The notes under the pieces: generated by a model | Seen by the model: only the letters and a program-made list of their open reading frames with translations | The model's database searches: none | Told to the model about the DNA's origin: nothing | Shown here: positions 29,435 through 39,365 of the stretch, one piece after another | Position numbering within the stretch: position 1 is the stretch's first letter | How the letters are laid out: each line of letters opens with the position of its first letter | DNA from: Calditrichaceae bacterium | GTDB taxonomy: Bacteria > Calditrichota > Calditrichia > Calditrichales > JBFXGD01 | Assembly (NCBI GenBank): GCA_050173015.1 | Contig: JBFXLE010000010.1 | Location: forward strand, 32,001 to 96,000 | Direction of reading: 5' to 3' | Length of the DNA: 64,000 bases | Made by a program: the position numbers and the translations under genes

Positions 29435-30173
29435 AGAAACCCGTCAAATACAAAATGAGCTTGCGGACTACTGCCGCAGCGGTGTACCCCGTCCAATCAA
29501 AGGGGCTAAAGCGGATCGTTTGCACCACTACCGGAGACTGGTCTTCAATGTCATCAACGGTACCCTCGAAACCGCCTATCCGGTAACTCGTCAGATATTA
29601 CCCGAGGAAGACTGGACTCAGATGGTGAATGACTTTTTTATCAACCATAATCCTCAGTCTCCGCAGGTCTGGAAGATGCCTTATGAATTCTATATTTTCT
29701 GTTCAGAAAACAAATATTCTGAAAAATTTCACCGCCCTTATCTGACTGATTTGCTGTATTTTGAATGGATCGAGATTGAAGTACACACGATGGAGGACCT
29801 GATCATTCCGCCGTTTCAATCCGAAGGTGATTTACTTGAGAGCCCGCTCATCATCAATCCTGAGTTCCGGCTGATCCGATTAACTTATCCCGTACACAAA
29901 TTCTCTTCTGATGAACTTTCCGCGAATGCCGGTGATTACTTTATCCTCTGTTACCGGGAACAAAAAAATCTGTCTGTAAGATTTTTTGAGTTTTCCTCGT
30001 TTTTCGCGGTGGTGTTTGAGAAACTAATTAATAATCGTATTTCAGGAAAAGAAGCGTTAGCCGAAGCGGGAATGCTTTTCGACATTCATGACGAACAGGT
30101 ATTGCTTCAAAACGGACTGCCATTTTTTAACGATTTGTTTACTCAGGGTATCATTCTTGGTTTTGCCCCCTAG
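29421..30173 (+). CDS. DUF2063 MNIO partner protein (HvfC-like)
   Basis: RLHHYRRLVFNVI...LETAYPV, FFINHNPQSP, LLYFEWIE, LTYPVH; overlaps the MNIO stop codon. Confidence 0.88.
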   Translation: MLLREETRQIQNELADYCRSGVPRPIKGAKADRLHHYRRLVFNVINGTLETAYPVTRQILPEEDWTQMVNDFFINHNPQSPQVWKMPYEFYIFCSENKYSEKFHRPYLTDLLYFEWIEIEVHTMEDLIIPPFQSEGDLLESPLIINPEFRLIRLTYPVHKFSSDELSANAGDYFILCYREQKNLSVRFFEFSSFFAVVFEKLINNRISGKEALAEAGMLFDIHDEQVLLQNGLPFFNDLFTQGIILGFAP

Positions 30174-30283
30174 AAAACCTCTTTTATCTGTTCTTTTTCT
30201 CCTTTTTAAAGATTATGTTTTAAATATCCCTTATTATTTTTAACTTGGCAGTTAAAAAATGGTATAAAGACCGGTAAGGGATA

Positions 30284-31777
30284 ATGAGCGATTATATCTA
30301 TTTCTGGATTGGTTTTCTGGCATACAGCATCATAGTCATCTGGATCGGATTCTATATCTGGAAGAAAGAAAAGGCATCGGGCAGGCACTGCGACAACTCA
30401 GCATACTGGTCGGCAAGCGGTAATCTATCCGGCTTATCCAGCGGACTCTCCATTTCCGCCAGCATGATGTCCATAAGCTGGTCATGTGTGTATGGAGTAC
30501 AGCTCTTTTACTGGTACGGACCGGGTGGCGCGTGGCTTCTTATTATCCCCTGGCTTATAACGATGGCCGGTTTTTTTATATTTGCCTCCCGTTTCCGGAA
30601 GTTTAAGACCTTTTCACAGCCGGAACTTCTCGAAAAACGCTTTGGATCAAAGGCAAGACAGCTGCTTGCTCCGGCGCTGATTGTAGTATTTATTACATGG
30701 ACGGGGGCGGAAATATATGCCGCCGGAAATATCATCGCGCCGTTTCTCGGTATATCGCTCAATCAGGCGCTGCTCATCATCACGATTGTTGTTTCTGTGT
30801 ACACATTTACCGGCGGATTCGAAGCAGTTGTTTCCACTGATAAGATTCAGTTTCTATTGGTCGCGGTTTTCATAACCAGCCTGGCTGTCATCGGCTGGAA
30901 CGCTTTGCCCGCCGGCGCTTCCATCTGGGATATCCCTCCGCCGCCAAAATTAAATCACCATTCAAATTTATTCGCGCCCGGTATCGCGCTTATCGCAGTC
31001 ACTTTTTTTGCCTATCTTCCGGGCTGGCTGATTGAAACCGATGTCTGGATCAGACTGCAGGCCGCAAAATCAAACGGAGCCGCGAGAAGAGGCATTTTGA
31101 TTGCAGGCATCAATTCCTTCGTTTTCGTTGGTGTCATGCCTCTGCTTATCGGCATGTCGGCATTAATACTTTTTCCTCCCGTTAACGGAATCATCCCGGG
31201 GCAGCTCAAGGACGGGACAGTAATACTAACCGTGCTTATGCAGAATTACGCGCCGGTCTGGTTAAATGTATTTTTGTCCATCGGTCTTATAGCCGCTGCC
31301 ATGTCCACCATCGACACCTGTGGCAATGTGGTTGCTCTCTCCTTCTCTTTCGACCTGGTCGAACCACATGTTCAAAACAAATGGTCCGCCGCCCGCTTAA
31401 ACAATTTCGCCCGGATCTCCTCGGTGGGGGCAGTATTTATATCCTATATTTACGCTATTTTTACAGAAAGTTTGTGGGATATTTTTTATCTTTCTTCCGG
31501 AATATTAACCACGACTGTTTTTATCCCGGTTATCAGCAGTTTTTTTAAATCGACCCAAAAAAGTCAAGTTCATTTTTCAATCGTTTTTGGCTTTTTATCC
31601 ACATTGATATTTTATTTTCTTGAATCACGCGGGAATATGGGATTTTTTGAACCATCGTTTTTATCCGGGACCGGGCTTAGTTATATCCTGTGGGGATTTA
31701 TTTTTTCCATTATCGGATTCTTTACCGGAAAATTGTTTTCCGGTTCCGGCGCAATGGACGAAAGAGCAGACATCTGA
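30284..31777 (+). CDS. Sodium:solute symporter (SSS) family protein
   Basis: About 13 TM segments; SQPELLEKRFG, YTFTGGFEAVVSTDKIQ, AAAMSTID. Confidence 0.88.
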   Translation: MSDYIYFWIGFLAYSIIVIWIGFYIWKKEKASGRHCDNSAYWSASGNLSGLSSGLSISASMMSISWSCVYGVQLFYWYGPGGAWLLIIPWLITMAGFFIFASRFRKFKTFSQPELLEKRFGSKARQLLAPALIVVFITWTGAEIYAAGNIIAPFLGISLNQALLIITIVVSVYTFTGGFEAVVSTDKIQFLLVAVFITSLAVIGWNALPAGASIWDIPPPPKLNHHSNLFAPGIALIAVTFFAYLPGWLIETDVWIRLQAAKSNGAARRGILIAGINSFVFVGVMPLLIGMSALILFPPVNGIIPGQLKDGTVILTVLMQNYAPVWLNVFLSIGLIAAAMSTIDTCGNVVALSFSFDLVEPHVQNKWSAARLNNFARISSVGAVFISYIYAIFTESLWDIFYLSSGILTTTVFIPVISSFFKSTQKSQVHFSIVFGFLSTLIFYFLESRGNMGFFEPSFLSGTGLSYILWGFIFSIIGFFTGKLFSGSGAMDERADI

Positions 31778-31984
31778 ACGCCGTTTTTTAAATACAAGCG
31801 TTTTAATATCAGCAAAATTATCCTCATTACATTCCGGTAAAATGTGCCATAAATCACAGCCATTTATTTTATTAATCGATAAAATCAACAAGGTCAATTA
31901 TATGAACGGAAATAGATATTTAAATGCAAGCGTTTAATTTGGGGTCGTGTTGTTCAAAATTTAATTCAATCTAAGGAGAATTTC

Positions 31985-32521
31985 ATGAAGAAGTTATTAC
32001 TAGTCGCACTTGTTATTTTCACACTGGGCTCATTTGGCTTTGCACAGGGTATTGGTTTCCACGGTGTTGCTCCTCAGGTAGCGCTGCTTGTACCCGGTGA
32101 GGATGGTCTCACCACAGGCTTTGCATTTGGCGCAAAAGTTAATTTGGGTGAAGTGGCTCCGGGAATCTCTATTTATCCGTTAGCGTTTTATCATATGCCC
32201 GGAACCGATTACGACGATTTGACATTCAGCGATATTCAGATCGGCGCGGATGTACATTATAATCTTCCAAGCGTTGCCGGTGTTTACGTTGGGGGTGGAC
32301 TTACATTTAACATCCTTACAATTGAGTTAGATTATACAAATCCATTCACCGGTCAAACCGATACGTATGATGAGTCAGAAAATCGGATAGGCTTTTCACT
32401 GTTGGGCGGCTATAAATTCCCAATAGGCGGTATGGATGCAATGGCGGAAGCAAAATACGGAATCGTTTCCGATTACAGCCATTTGATGATTGGACTCGCT
32501 GTAATGTTCGGCGCAAAATAA
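31985..32521 (+). CDS. Outer-membrane beta-barrel protein (OmpA/OmpW-like)
   Basis: Signal peptide; GVYVGGGL, IGFSLLGGYKF and AEAKY strands. Confidence 0.7.
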   Translation: MKKLLLVALVIFTLGSFGFAQGIGFHGVAPQVALLVPGEDGLTTGFAFGAKVNLGEVAPGISIYPLAFYHMPGTDYDDLTFSDIQIGADVHYNLPSVAGVYVGGGLTFNILTIELDYTNPFTGQTDTYDESENRIGFSLLGGYKFPIGGMDAMAEAKYGIVSDYSHLMIGLAVMFGAK

Positions 32522-32541
32522 TTTTTTTTGAAAATATGTAT

Positions 32542-32576
32542 AAAAGGCTGTCTTTGGAAAAGGGCAGCCTTTTTTA
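32542..32576. terminator. Bidirectional terminator
   Basis: AAAAGGCTGTCTTT/AAAGGGCAGCCTTTT between convergent genes. Confidence 0.7.
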
Positions 32577-33923
32577 TTTTATTTCACCAATTTTCTTTTT
32601 CCATAATCCCATTGCGAATAGAATGGTATTGAGCAGTCCTTTTAAAAAGGTTGTGAGCGCGATGGCCCACCATATCCCCTTTGTTCCCCAATCCAGATTA
32701 ATGGCAAAAAACCAGGCAAGAGGAATACGGCTGAGGGTGACAGGAACAGAAACAAGCATTACCGGAAGCGTATATCCCGCGCCGCTGAAGGCCCCTTCCA
32801 TTATGACTTCAAGTCCCAAAAAAATTTCAAATACCGCGATAATACGCAGGTATTCCACGCCTATTTTTTGTACGCTCACATCTGTAGTGAAGACGCTCAT
32901 CAACCATTCCGGCCAGAAAAAAAAGACAACCGAAACCAGAAAGAGTGTCATCACTCCATAAATATTGACCCACCAGGCCGCCTTTTGCGCCGAAGCAATG
33001 GAGCGCGCGCCGACATTCTGGCCCACGAGTGTTGAAGCGGCAGCAGAGTATCCTACACAGGCAAACCAGGCGATCCCTTCTATTCTGTGACATACACCAA
33101 TTGCCGCGATCGCTTCTGTTCCAAACCGGGCGATAATACCGGTCAGCGCGACATAGATCAGGCTGAAAAAGAATCCTCCAAAGGCAATGGGACTGCCAAT
33201 ACTGAGAATTCTCCAGATGATTATTTTGTCAATCCGCACCCGGAAATCAGGAAGAAATTTTTTCTTTCGCAGAATGTAAACACAAAGTCCCGCCGCGACT
33301 ATTTCGGACAATATGGTCGCGAAGGCCGCGCCCGCCACACCCATTTCAGGAAAACCGAACCAACCAAAGATAAAGACAGGATCAAGAACAGCATTTAATA
33401 AAAGGGCAATTGCTAAAATGATCATCGGCGTTTTGGTATCACCGATGCCTCTGAAGACTCCTTCCATCCCGACAAACCAAAATGAAAAAATCAGTCCTGA
33501 TAAAACGATACTCAGATAGGTCCGAGCCTCATTAAAAACTATTTCATCGAATCCCATCACACGGAACAGCATATTTTGCGTCACAAACACAACGATAGCG
33601 ATCACCACCGCGCTTATGGTATTGATGAGCATTCCCTGACCGGCGGCATATCTTCCCTTTTCTTCATCTCCGGCTCCGACACTTTGCGCGACAAGCGTCG
33701 TTATTCCGTTTACGCTTAAAGCCGAAAGAGAAAATATCGCCCACATAATAAATGAACTTCCACCGATCGCCGCCAGCGCTGAAGCGCCAAGCTTCCCCAC
33801 CCAATAAGCGTCTATCAGCTGATATAGTGTTTGCAGAACCGAAGAAATCATCCCCGGAAATGATAATTCATAGATTGATTTATGAAGATTTTGATTTATC
33901 AACGAGTAGTTTTGTTTTTTCAT
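32574..33923 (-). CDS. MATE family efflux transporter
   Basis: 12 TM segments; LIDAYWVGKLGASALAA, RGIGDTKTPM, LDPVFIFG, GVAGAAFAT. Confidence 0.93.
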   Translation of the reverse strand: MKKQNYSLINQNLHKSIYELSFPGMISSVLQTLYQLIDAYWVGKLGASALAAIGGSSFIMWAIFSLSALSVNGITTLVAQSVGAGDEEKGRYAAGQGMLINTISAVVIAIVVFVTQNMLFRVMGFDEIVFNEARTYLSIVLSGLIFSFWFVGMEGVFRGIGDTKTPMIILAIALLLNAVLDPVFIFGWFGFPEMGVAGAAFATILSEIVAAGLCVYILRKKKFLPDFRVRIDKIIIWRILSIGSPIAFGGFFFSLIYVALTGIIARFGTEAIAAIGVCHRIEGIAWFACVGYSAAASTLVGQNVGARSIASAQKAAWWVNIYGVMTLFLVSVVFFFWPEWLMSVFTTDVSVQKIGVEYLRIIAVFEIFLGLEVIMEGAFSGAGYTLPVMLVSVPVTLSRIPLAWFFAINLDWGTKGIWWAIALTTFLKGLLNTILFAMGLWKKKIGEIK

Positions 33924-34119
33924 CTAAACTGTTTCAATTTGGTTTATAACTGATCCGCTTCCAATCACATACCGGGTAGATGCGGATTTCAAATCCGGGC
34001 GAAACTTAACACCTGACTCTTATATTTCTAAATTTGTATCTTTATCGCGCAATTAAAAGATAGATTTAAAAAGTATTTCATGGCATTGTACGAGAGGGTC
34101 AAATGGATTTTATTTGTCT

Positions 34120-34755
34120 TTAATATGCCAAGGCTTCAATATTGCCCGCGCCTTCGCGTAAAATCTGGGGATCCTCAGTTGTAAAATCGACAATTGTGGA
34201 TGGTTGATTAAAGCTTATCCCCGCGTCCAGAATCAAATCTATTTCATTTGCATAGCGCTGAGCAATTTCATCCGGGTCCGTGTAATATCCGTCATCACCA
34301 AGCGGCACACTTGTGCTTAAAATGGGTCTGCCTAGTTCCTTCGCCAGAGCGATAGCGACCGGTGAATCCGGGATCCTGATCCCCACTGTTTTTCTCTTTT
34401 GAAGAAGTATCTTTGGGACCTGTCTTGATGCTCTCAAAATAAATGTGTAGGAACCGGGTGTCACGCGGCGCATAATCTTATACGCGTAATCCGGAACCTG
34501 AGCCCAATTGGATATATCCTTCAAATCCGGACAGATAAAGCTTAAAAGTTTATGATTTGAAGATTTCTTAATCCGGAATATCCGTTCCATGGCCTGTTTA
34601 TGAAATAAATCGGCCCCAAGACCGTAAATAGTGTCTGTCGGGTAAACTACCACGCCACCATTTTTAAGCACTTCCGCAGCCTGTTTAATTAACCTGGGTT
34701 GCGGATTTTCCAAATAGACTTTTTGAACAGTAACCGCCATATAAAATCCATTCAT
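34120..34755 (-). CDS. Sua5/YciO/YrdC family (L-threonylcarbamoyladenylate synthase-like)
   Basis: VVYPTDTIYGLG, PGSYTFIL, TVGIRIP, PILSTS, PSTIVD. Confidence 0.92.
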   Translation of the reverse strand: MNGFYMAVTVQKVYLENPQPRLIKQAAEVLKNGGVVVYPTDTIYGLGADLFHKQAMERIFRIKKSSNHKLLSFICPDLKDISNWAQVPDYAYKIMRRVTPGSYTFILRASRQVPKILLQKRKTVGIRIPDSPVAIALAKELGRPILSTSVPLGDDGYYTDPDEIAQRYANEIDLILDAGISFNQPSTIVDFTTEDPQILREGAGNIEALAY

Positions 34756-34992
34756 TTTTTACGAAGAGTTAAATACAAAGAATTTCGACATCAGTCAAGC
34801 TAAATTATTATTCACTTGTTTTTTCAATTGTCTTTTTTACTATATTTTTTCTAAAATGCGCATCATTTTTTGCGTGAGTTCTTCACTCTCTTTAAATTTG
34901 TTATGTCGAAAATTTATTTGGGCATCAGATTTAAATTTTAGACGGATGGTGTTTCCCTAATTTTTACTTACAATTTTTAAAGGAGTATCAAA

Positions 34993-35913
34993 CTGAAAGG
35001 CATACAAAATCCACTGAAGAATCTGCATCAGATTGATCTTGATCAGCCTCTCAGAGGATATTATAAATTCATAAACTGCTGGCTTTACAGGGAGAATGAT
35101 GTAACCATTATTGTGGATCACGGCCCCCGTTCATCATTTACCTTTCTTAAAAAGGCCCTGAAATCGTTGGGGGTGGACCGAATTGATTATATACTACTCA
35201 CACACATCCATATAGATCACGCGGGATGCTCGGGTCTTCTTGTCAAATCATATCCTACCGCAAAAGTAATCTGTCACCCAATAGGCATCCCCCACATGAT
35301 TAATCCCTCTGATTTGTGGAAAGGTTCATTAAATATTCTGGGGAAACTGGCAGAAGTTTACGGAGAAATAGCTCCGGTCAAAGCCGATAAAATTTCATTT
35401 CTGCCGCAAATCAATGAACGGGGGGTCACAGTCGATGTGTATGAAACACCCGGACACGCTTCGCACCATCTATGCTACCGTATAGGTGATATTCTTTTTG
35501 CCGGAGAAGCAGCGGGGGTAAATGTACCCTCTGAAAATATGGAATATCTTAGGATTGCCACTCCGCCGGTATTTAAACATGATATTTATCATGCCTCCCT
35601 GGAAAAAGCGGCCTTGATACCGGCAAAATACGTATGTTTTGGTCATTACGGAATCAGTGAGAATCCGGATTCGGTTTTTGAGCGGGCGCGATTTCAGCTG
35701 TTTCTATGGATAAAAATTGTAGAAAGACATTTTCAGAGGGCATCCAATGACTTTTATGAAACTGTATTCAATGAATTACTGATATCGGATCCATCCATTT
35801 CTGCCTTTTCTTCTCTTCCGGAAGATATTCGGGAACGAGAAAAATATTTTGCTTTTAACAGCATAAAAGGAATGTATGAATATATTGCCGGGCTGCAGCA
35901 ATCTGATCCGTAA
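34993..35913 (+). CDS. MBL-fold metallo-hydrolase (probable CTG start at 34993)
   Basis: THIHIDHAG, TPGHASHH, FAGEAAG, FGHYG; the frame is open 40 codons upstream of the track start, reaching a CTG 7 nt after AGGAG. Confidence 0.85.
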   Translation: MKGIQNPLKNLHQIDLDQPLRGYYKFINCWLYRENDVTIIVDHGPRSSFTFLKKALKSLGVDRIDYILLTHIHIDHAGCSGLLVKSYPTAKVICHPIGIPHMINPSDLWKGSLNILGKLAEVYGEIAPVKADKISFLPQINERGVTVDVYETPGHASHHLCYRIGDILFAGEAAGVNVPSENMEYLRIATPPVFKHDIYHASLEKAALIPAKYVCFGHYGISENPDSVFERARFQLFLWIKIVERHFQRASNDFYETVFNELLISDPSISAFSSLPEDIREREKYFAFNSIKGMYEYIAGLQQSDP

Positions 35914-35946
35914 ATTTGGTTTTTAACAGATGACAGGAGCAACTCC

Positions 35947-38124
35947 ATGAGACAATTTTTTCATACAATACTTTTGACCGTTATTCTTACGGTTAATCTC
36001 TTTGCATCAGGGAAAGAGCTCACCGTGGAAGATATTTATAGTTCCGGGCAATTTTACGGCCGCTCGCCGGCCGGATTAAACTGGGTACCCGGAGAAAACG
36101 CCTATTCTTTTATAAAATATGAGGGTGTAAGCCGCCTGCCGGTGTTATACAAATTTGATCTTAAAAGTCAAAAAGAAATCGCTCTTCTTGACAGCGCCAT
36201 CCTTAAATCCCCTGATGATCAAAAGCCTCTCCGCTGGTCCTCTTGTAAATGGTCCGACAGCGGCTCAAAAATCCTGCTGACCTCTCATATGGAGTATATC
36301 TGGAGACATTCGAGACAAGCTATTTATTATATTTATGACTTCAAGTCAAAAACGTTGCGGAAAATTTCCAGGGATGGCAAGGCCTTATCGAATGTTAAAT
36401 TTTCTCCTGATGAATCCATGGTCGGATATGTTTTAGAGAACAATCTTTATATGATGAATTTGCTTTCCGGAGATGTCACTCAATTGACATCTGACGGATC
36501 CGACACCATCATCAACGGTCAATTTGACTGGGTTTATGAGGAAGAATTCGCCATTTCAGACGGCTGGGAGTGGTCACCGGACGGGAAGAAAATTGCCTTC
36601 TGGAGACTTGATCAATCACCGGAGCCGAAGTTCAGCTGGATTGATTTCGATCCTGTAAACGGTTCTGTTGAAACCATCCGGTATCCGAAAGCGGGTGATC
36701 CGAACGCATTGGTGAAAATCGGAGTCTTCGATCTCATTTCCGGCCAAACGACCTGGATGGATACAGGGAATGAGCCGGACATCTATATTCCACGGATAAA
36801 ATGGACACAAAACCCGGATATTTTGTCTATTCAAAGGTTGAACCGGCTTCAGAACAAGCTCGAACTAATGTTGGCGGATGCCAAATCGGGAAAGACAAAA
36901 ACAATTCTGACCGAAACAGATCCCTGCTGGATTGATGTTGCCGACGATCTTGTTTTTTTGAAAAACAAGCGGGAATTTGTGTGGACTTCCGAGAGGGATG
37001 GTTATAAGCATATCTATCTTTATAATATGGATGGTAAATTAATTCGTCAGTTGACCGGGGGATCATGGGAAGTAAAAAACGTCAGCGGTTTTGACGGGAA
37101 TTTGCTGTTTTTTGATGCCAACAAAGACAACATGAATGAAAACCATTTCTTCAGCATCGATTTGAAGGGCCGCAATCTTAAAAAGATCACACATATTCCC
37201 GGATGGCACCGGGCGACATTCTCTTCAGATTATAAATATTTTTTCCATTCTTATTCCAATGTTAAAACTCCCACAAAATATTTGATTTCCGGGATAAACG
37301 GCAAAGCAATCCAGCCAATCGAAGAAAATAATATTGAAGCGTTAAACGAGTATGAACTCTCCTATCCCGAATTTTTTATGTTCAGGACCGAAGACGGTGA
37401 AATGCTGAACGCGATGATGATTAAACCGGTTGATTTCGACGCGAAAAAGAAGTATCCCGTTTTAATTTACGGATACAGCGGGCCCGAGTCTCAAACTGTA
37501 CGTAACAGCTGGGGCAGGACGACATTCCTGTGGCACAATCTTCTCGCCCAGAAGGGTTATATTATTTTTACGCTTGACAACCGCGGGACCGGCGGACGCG
37601 GTAAAGCCTTCAAAAACTTAGCCTACGGTGATATGGGCAAATGGGCGGTGCATGACCATATTCAGGGCGCGAAATATCTCGCCGGAATGCCTTATGTTGA
37701 CAAAGACAGAATCGGTATCTGGGGATGGAGCGGCGGTGGATGGCTGACATTGATGTCGATGACAAAAGCATCCGACTATTTTAAGGCCGGTGTTGCCGTG
37801 GCTCCTGTCAGCGATTTTCGCTTGTATGATACCATTTATACCGAAAGGTACCTGGGTTTGCCATCGATGAACGAAGCCGGGTATGATTCATCATCCGCCC
37901 TGAGTTTTACGGATCGTTACAAGGGTGGACTACTTATCGTTCACGGGTCCGCGGACGACAATGTGCATTATCAGAATAGCATGCAGTTTATCAAAAAGCT
38001 TCAATTGCGTGGCAAACAATTTGATTTGATGATCTATCCCGGATTGAATCACGGGATTCACGCCCGGAACAGTTATCTGCACCTTTTTACAATGATCACC
38101 AATTTTATATTGACAAATTTATAA
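35947..38124 (+). CDS. S9B dipeptidyl peptidase IV
   Basis: DWVYEEE, YPKAG, GWSGGG nucleophile, DDNVH, NHGI. Confidence 0.93.
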   Translation: MRQFFHTILLTVILTVNLFASGKELTVEDIYSSGQFYGRSPAGLNWVPGENAYSFIKYEGVSRLPVLYKFDLKSQKEIALLDSAILKSPDDQKPLRWSSCKWSDSGSKILLTSHMEYIWRHSRQAIYYIYDFKSKTLRKISRDGKALSNVKFSPDESMVGYVLENNLYMMNLLSGDVTQLTSDGSDTIINGQFDWVYEEEFAISDGWEWSPDGKKIAFWRLDQSPEPKFSWIDFDPVNGSVETIRYPKAGDPNALVKIGVFDLISGQTTWMDTGNEPDIYIPRIKWTQNPDILSIQRLNRLQNKLELMLADAKSGKTKTILTETDPCWIDVADDLVFLKNKREFVWTSERDGYKHIYLYNMDGKLIRQLTGGSWEVKNVSGFDGNLLFFDANKDNMNENHFFSIDLKGRNLKKITHIPGWHRATFSSDYKYFFHSYSNVKTPTKYLISGINGKAIQPIEENNIEALNEYELSYPEFFMFRTEDGEMLNAMMIKPVDFDAKKKYPVLIYGYSGPESQTVRNSWGRTTFLWHNLLAQKGYIIFTLDNRGTGGRGKAFKNLAYGDMGKWAVHDHIQGAKYLAGMPYVDKDRIGIWGWSGGGWLTLMSMTKASDYFKAGVAVAPVSDFRLYDTIYTERYLGLPSMNEAGYDSSSALSFTDRYKGGLLIVHGSADDNVHYQNSMQFIKKLQLRGKQFDLMIYPGLNHGIHARNSYLHLFTMITNFILTNL

Positions 38125-38132
38125 TTACATCA

Positions 38133-38167
38133 AAGATACCCTCGCTGACAGGTGAGGGATATCTTTT
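38133..38167 (+). terminator. Probable terminator after DPP-IV
   Basis: Imperfect AAGATACCCTC...GAGGGATATCTT stem followed by Ts. Confidence 0.5.
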
Positions 38168-38672
38168 CCAGTTGAAGTTTATACAAATTCCCACATAATA
38201 TTCCATTATCTTTCAAACTCGTATCGCATTTAAGATGCCTTTTACCGGTTGACATTGATATTTTTTTTATTGAGGGAAAAACATATTGAAGCATGTTAAA
38301 GGGAAAAACTCAAAACTATCTAAATATCATGACGGCGATTTTAAAAAGGCGTGATATTTTATAATCTGAAAAGTAAGACCCGAATTTTTGGAAAGTAAAG
38401 CCCGGGATTCAGAATTTATCAGGTTATTATTTTCCTAATCATCATAAGAGTGTAAATTAGTAAAAATTTGTTTGCTGATATAATTATGAAATCTTATATT
38501 CTCTTTTAATAATATTTTGTTAAATTTGGGAATTACGCGCAAAAAGGATATTCACCTTACGGAAAGGTCATTGAAATATATTTTATTGTGAAAGATTTAC
38601 TGAACCCCCCGGTTCTGATTAATTTTTTAAGTTCACAAAAACAAAAACCGTCTAACTAGCGGAGCTTGTACC

Positions 38673-39365
38673 ATGATTCGATTTTCAACATCTTCTTTAT
38701 CCTCTGTCGGCAAGAAGATCTTCATGGGCCTGACGGGGCTGCTTCTCAGCGGCTTCATCGTAGTCCATCTTCTGGGAAATCTTGCTCTATTGAGTCCGGA
38801 CAAAGATCCTTTTAACAAGTATGCTCATTTTCTGCAGAGCCTTGGAACTTCAATTTACATTGCGGAAATCATACTTGCTTCAATCTTCCTGATTCATTTT
38901 TTTGATGCTATTCTCATTACCTGGGGTAACTGGAAGGCGCGTCCTACCGGCTACAAAGTAGTGACAAACGCGAAAGGCGCGAGCAGAAAATCTATCGCCT
39001 CAACGACGATGATATATACCGGCCTGATTATCATTACATTTACGGTTCTCCACCTTTTTCATTTCAAATACGGCGCGATTGTCGAATACACAACCGCCGA
39101 TGGGCAGAACATTCGCGACCTCTATGTTATCGTGTATGAATTCTTTGCCAGCATTCTTAATGTTGTTTTTTATGTAGCCGTAATGGTTTTGCTGGGCTTT
39201 CATTTGAGCCATGGTTTTTGGAGCGCTTTTCAGTCGCTTGGTCTTAGCGGCAAAAGATTCACCGTTTTTATTCAGGGCTTTGCCTACCTGTTTGCCGTTA
39301 TCATGGCTATTGGCTTTGTTTTTATACCTATCTGGATTTATTTTAGAGCAGGAGGGGCACTATGA
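38673..39365 (+). CDS. sdhC: Succinate dehydrogenase/fumarate reductase cytochrome b subunit
   Basis: [33 protein letters not shown]. Confidence 0.93.
   Translation: MIRFSTSSLSSVGKKIFMGLTGLLLSGFIVVHLLGNLALLSPDKDPFNKYAHFLQSLGTSIYIAEIILASIFLIHFFDAILITWGNWKARPTGYKVVTNAKGASRKSIASTTMIYTGLIIITFTVLHLFHFKYGAIVEYTTADGQNIRDLYVIVYEFFASILNVVFYVAVMVLLGFHLSHGFWSAFQSLGLSGKRFTVFIQGFAYLFAVIMAIGFVFIPIWIYFRAGGAL

Noticed and set aside
38586-38603. Rex/CRP-like operator upstream of sdhC (TTGTGAAAGATTTACTGA)
   Set aside because: Only one half-site matches, in very AT-rich DNA
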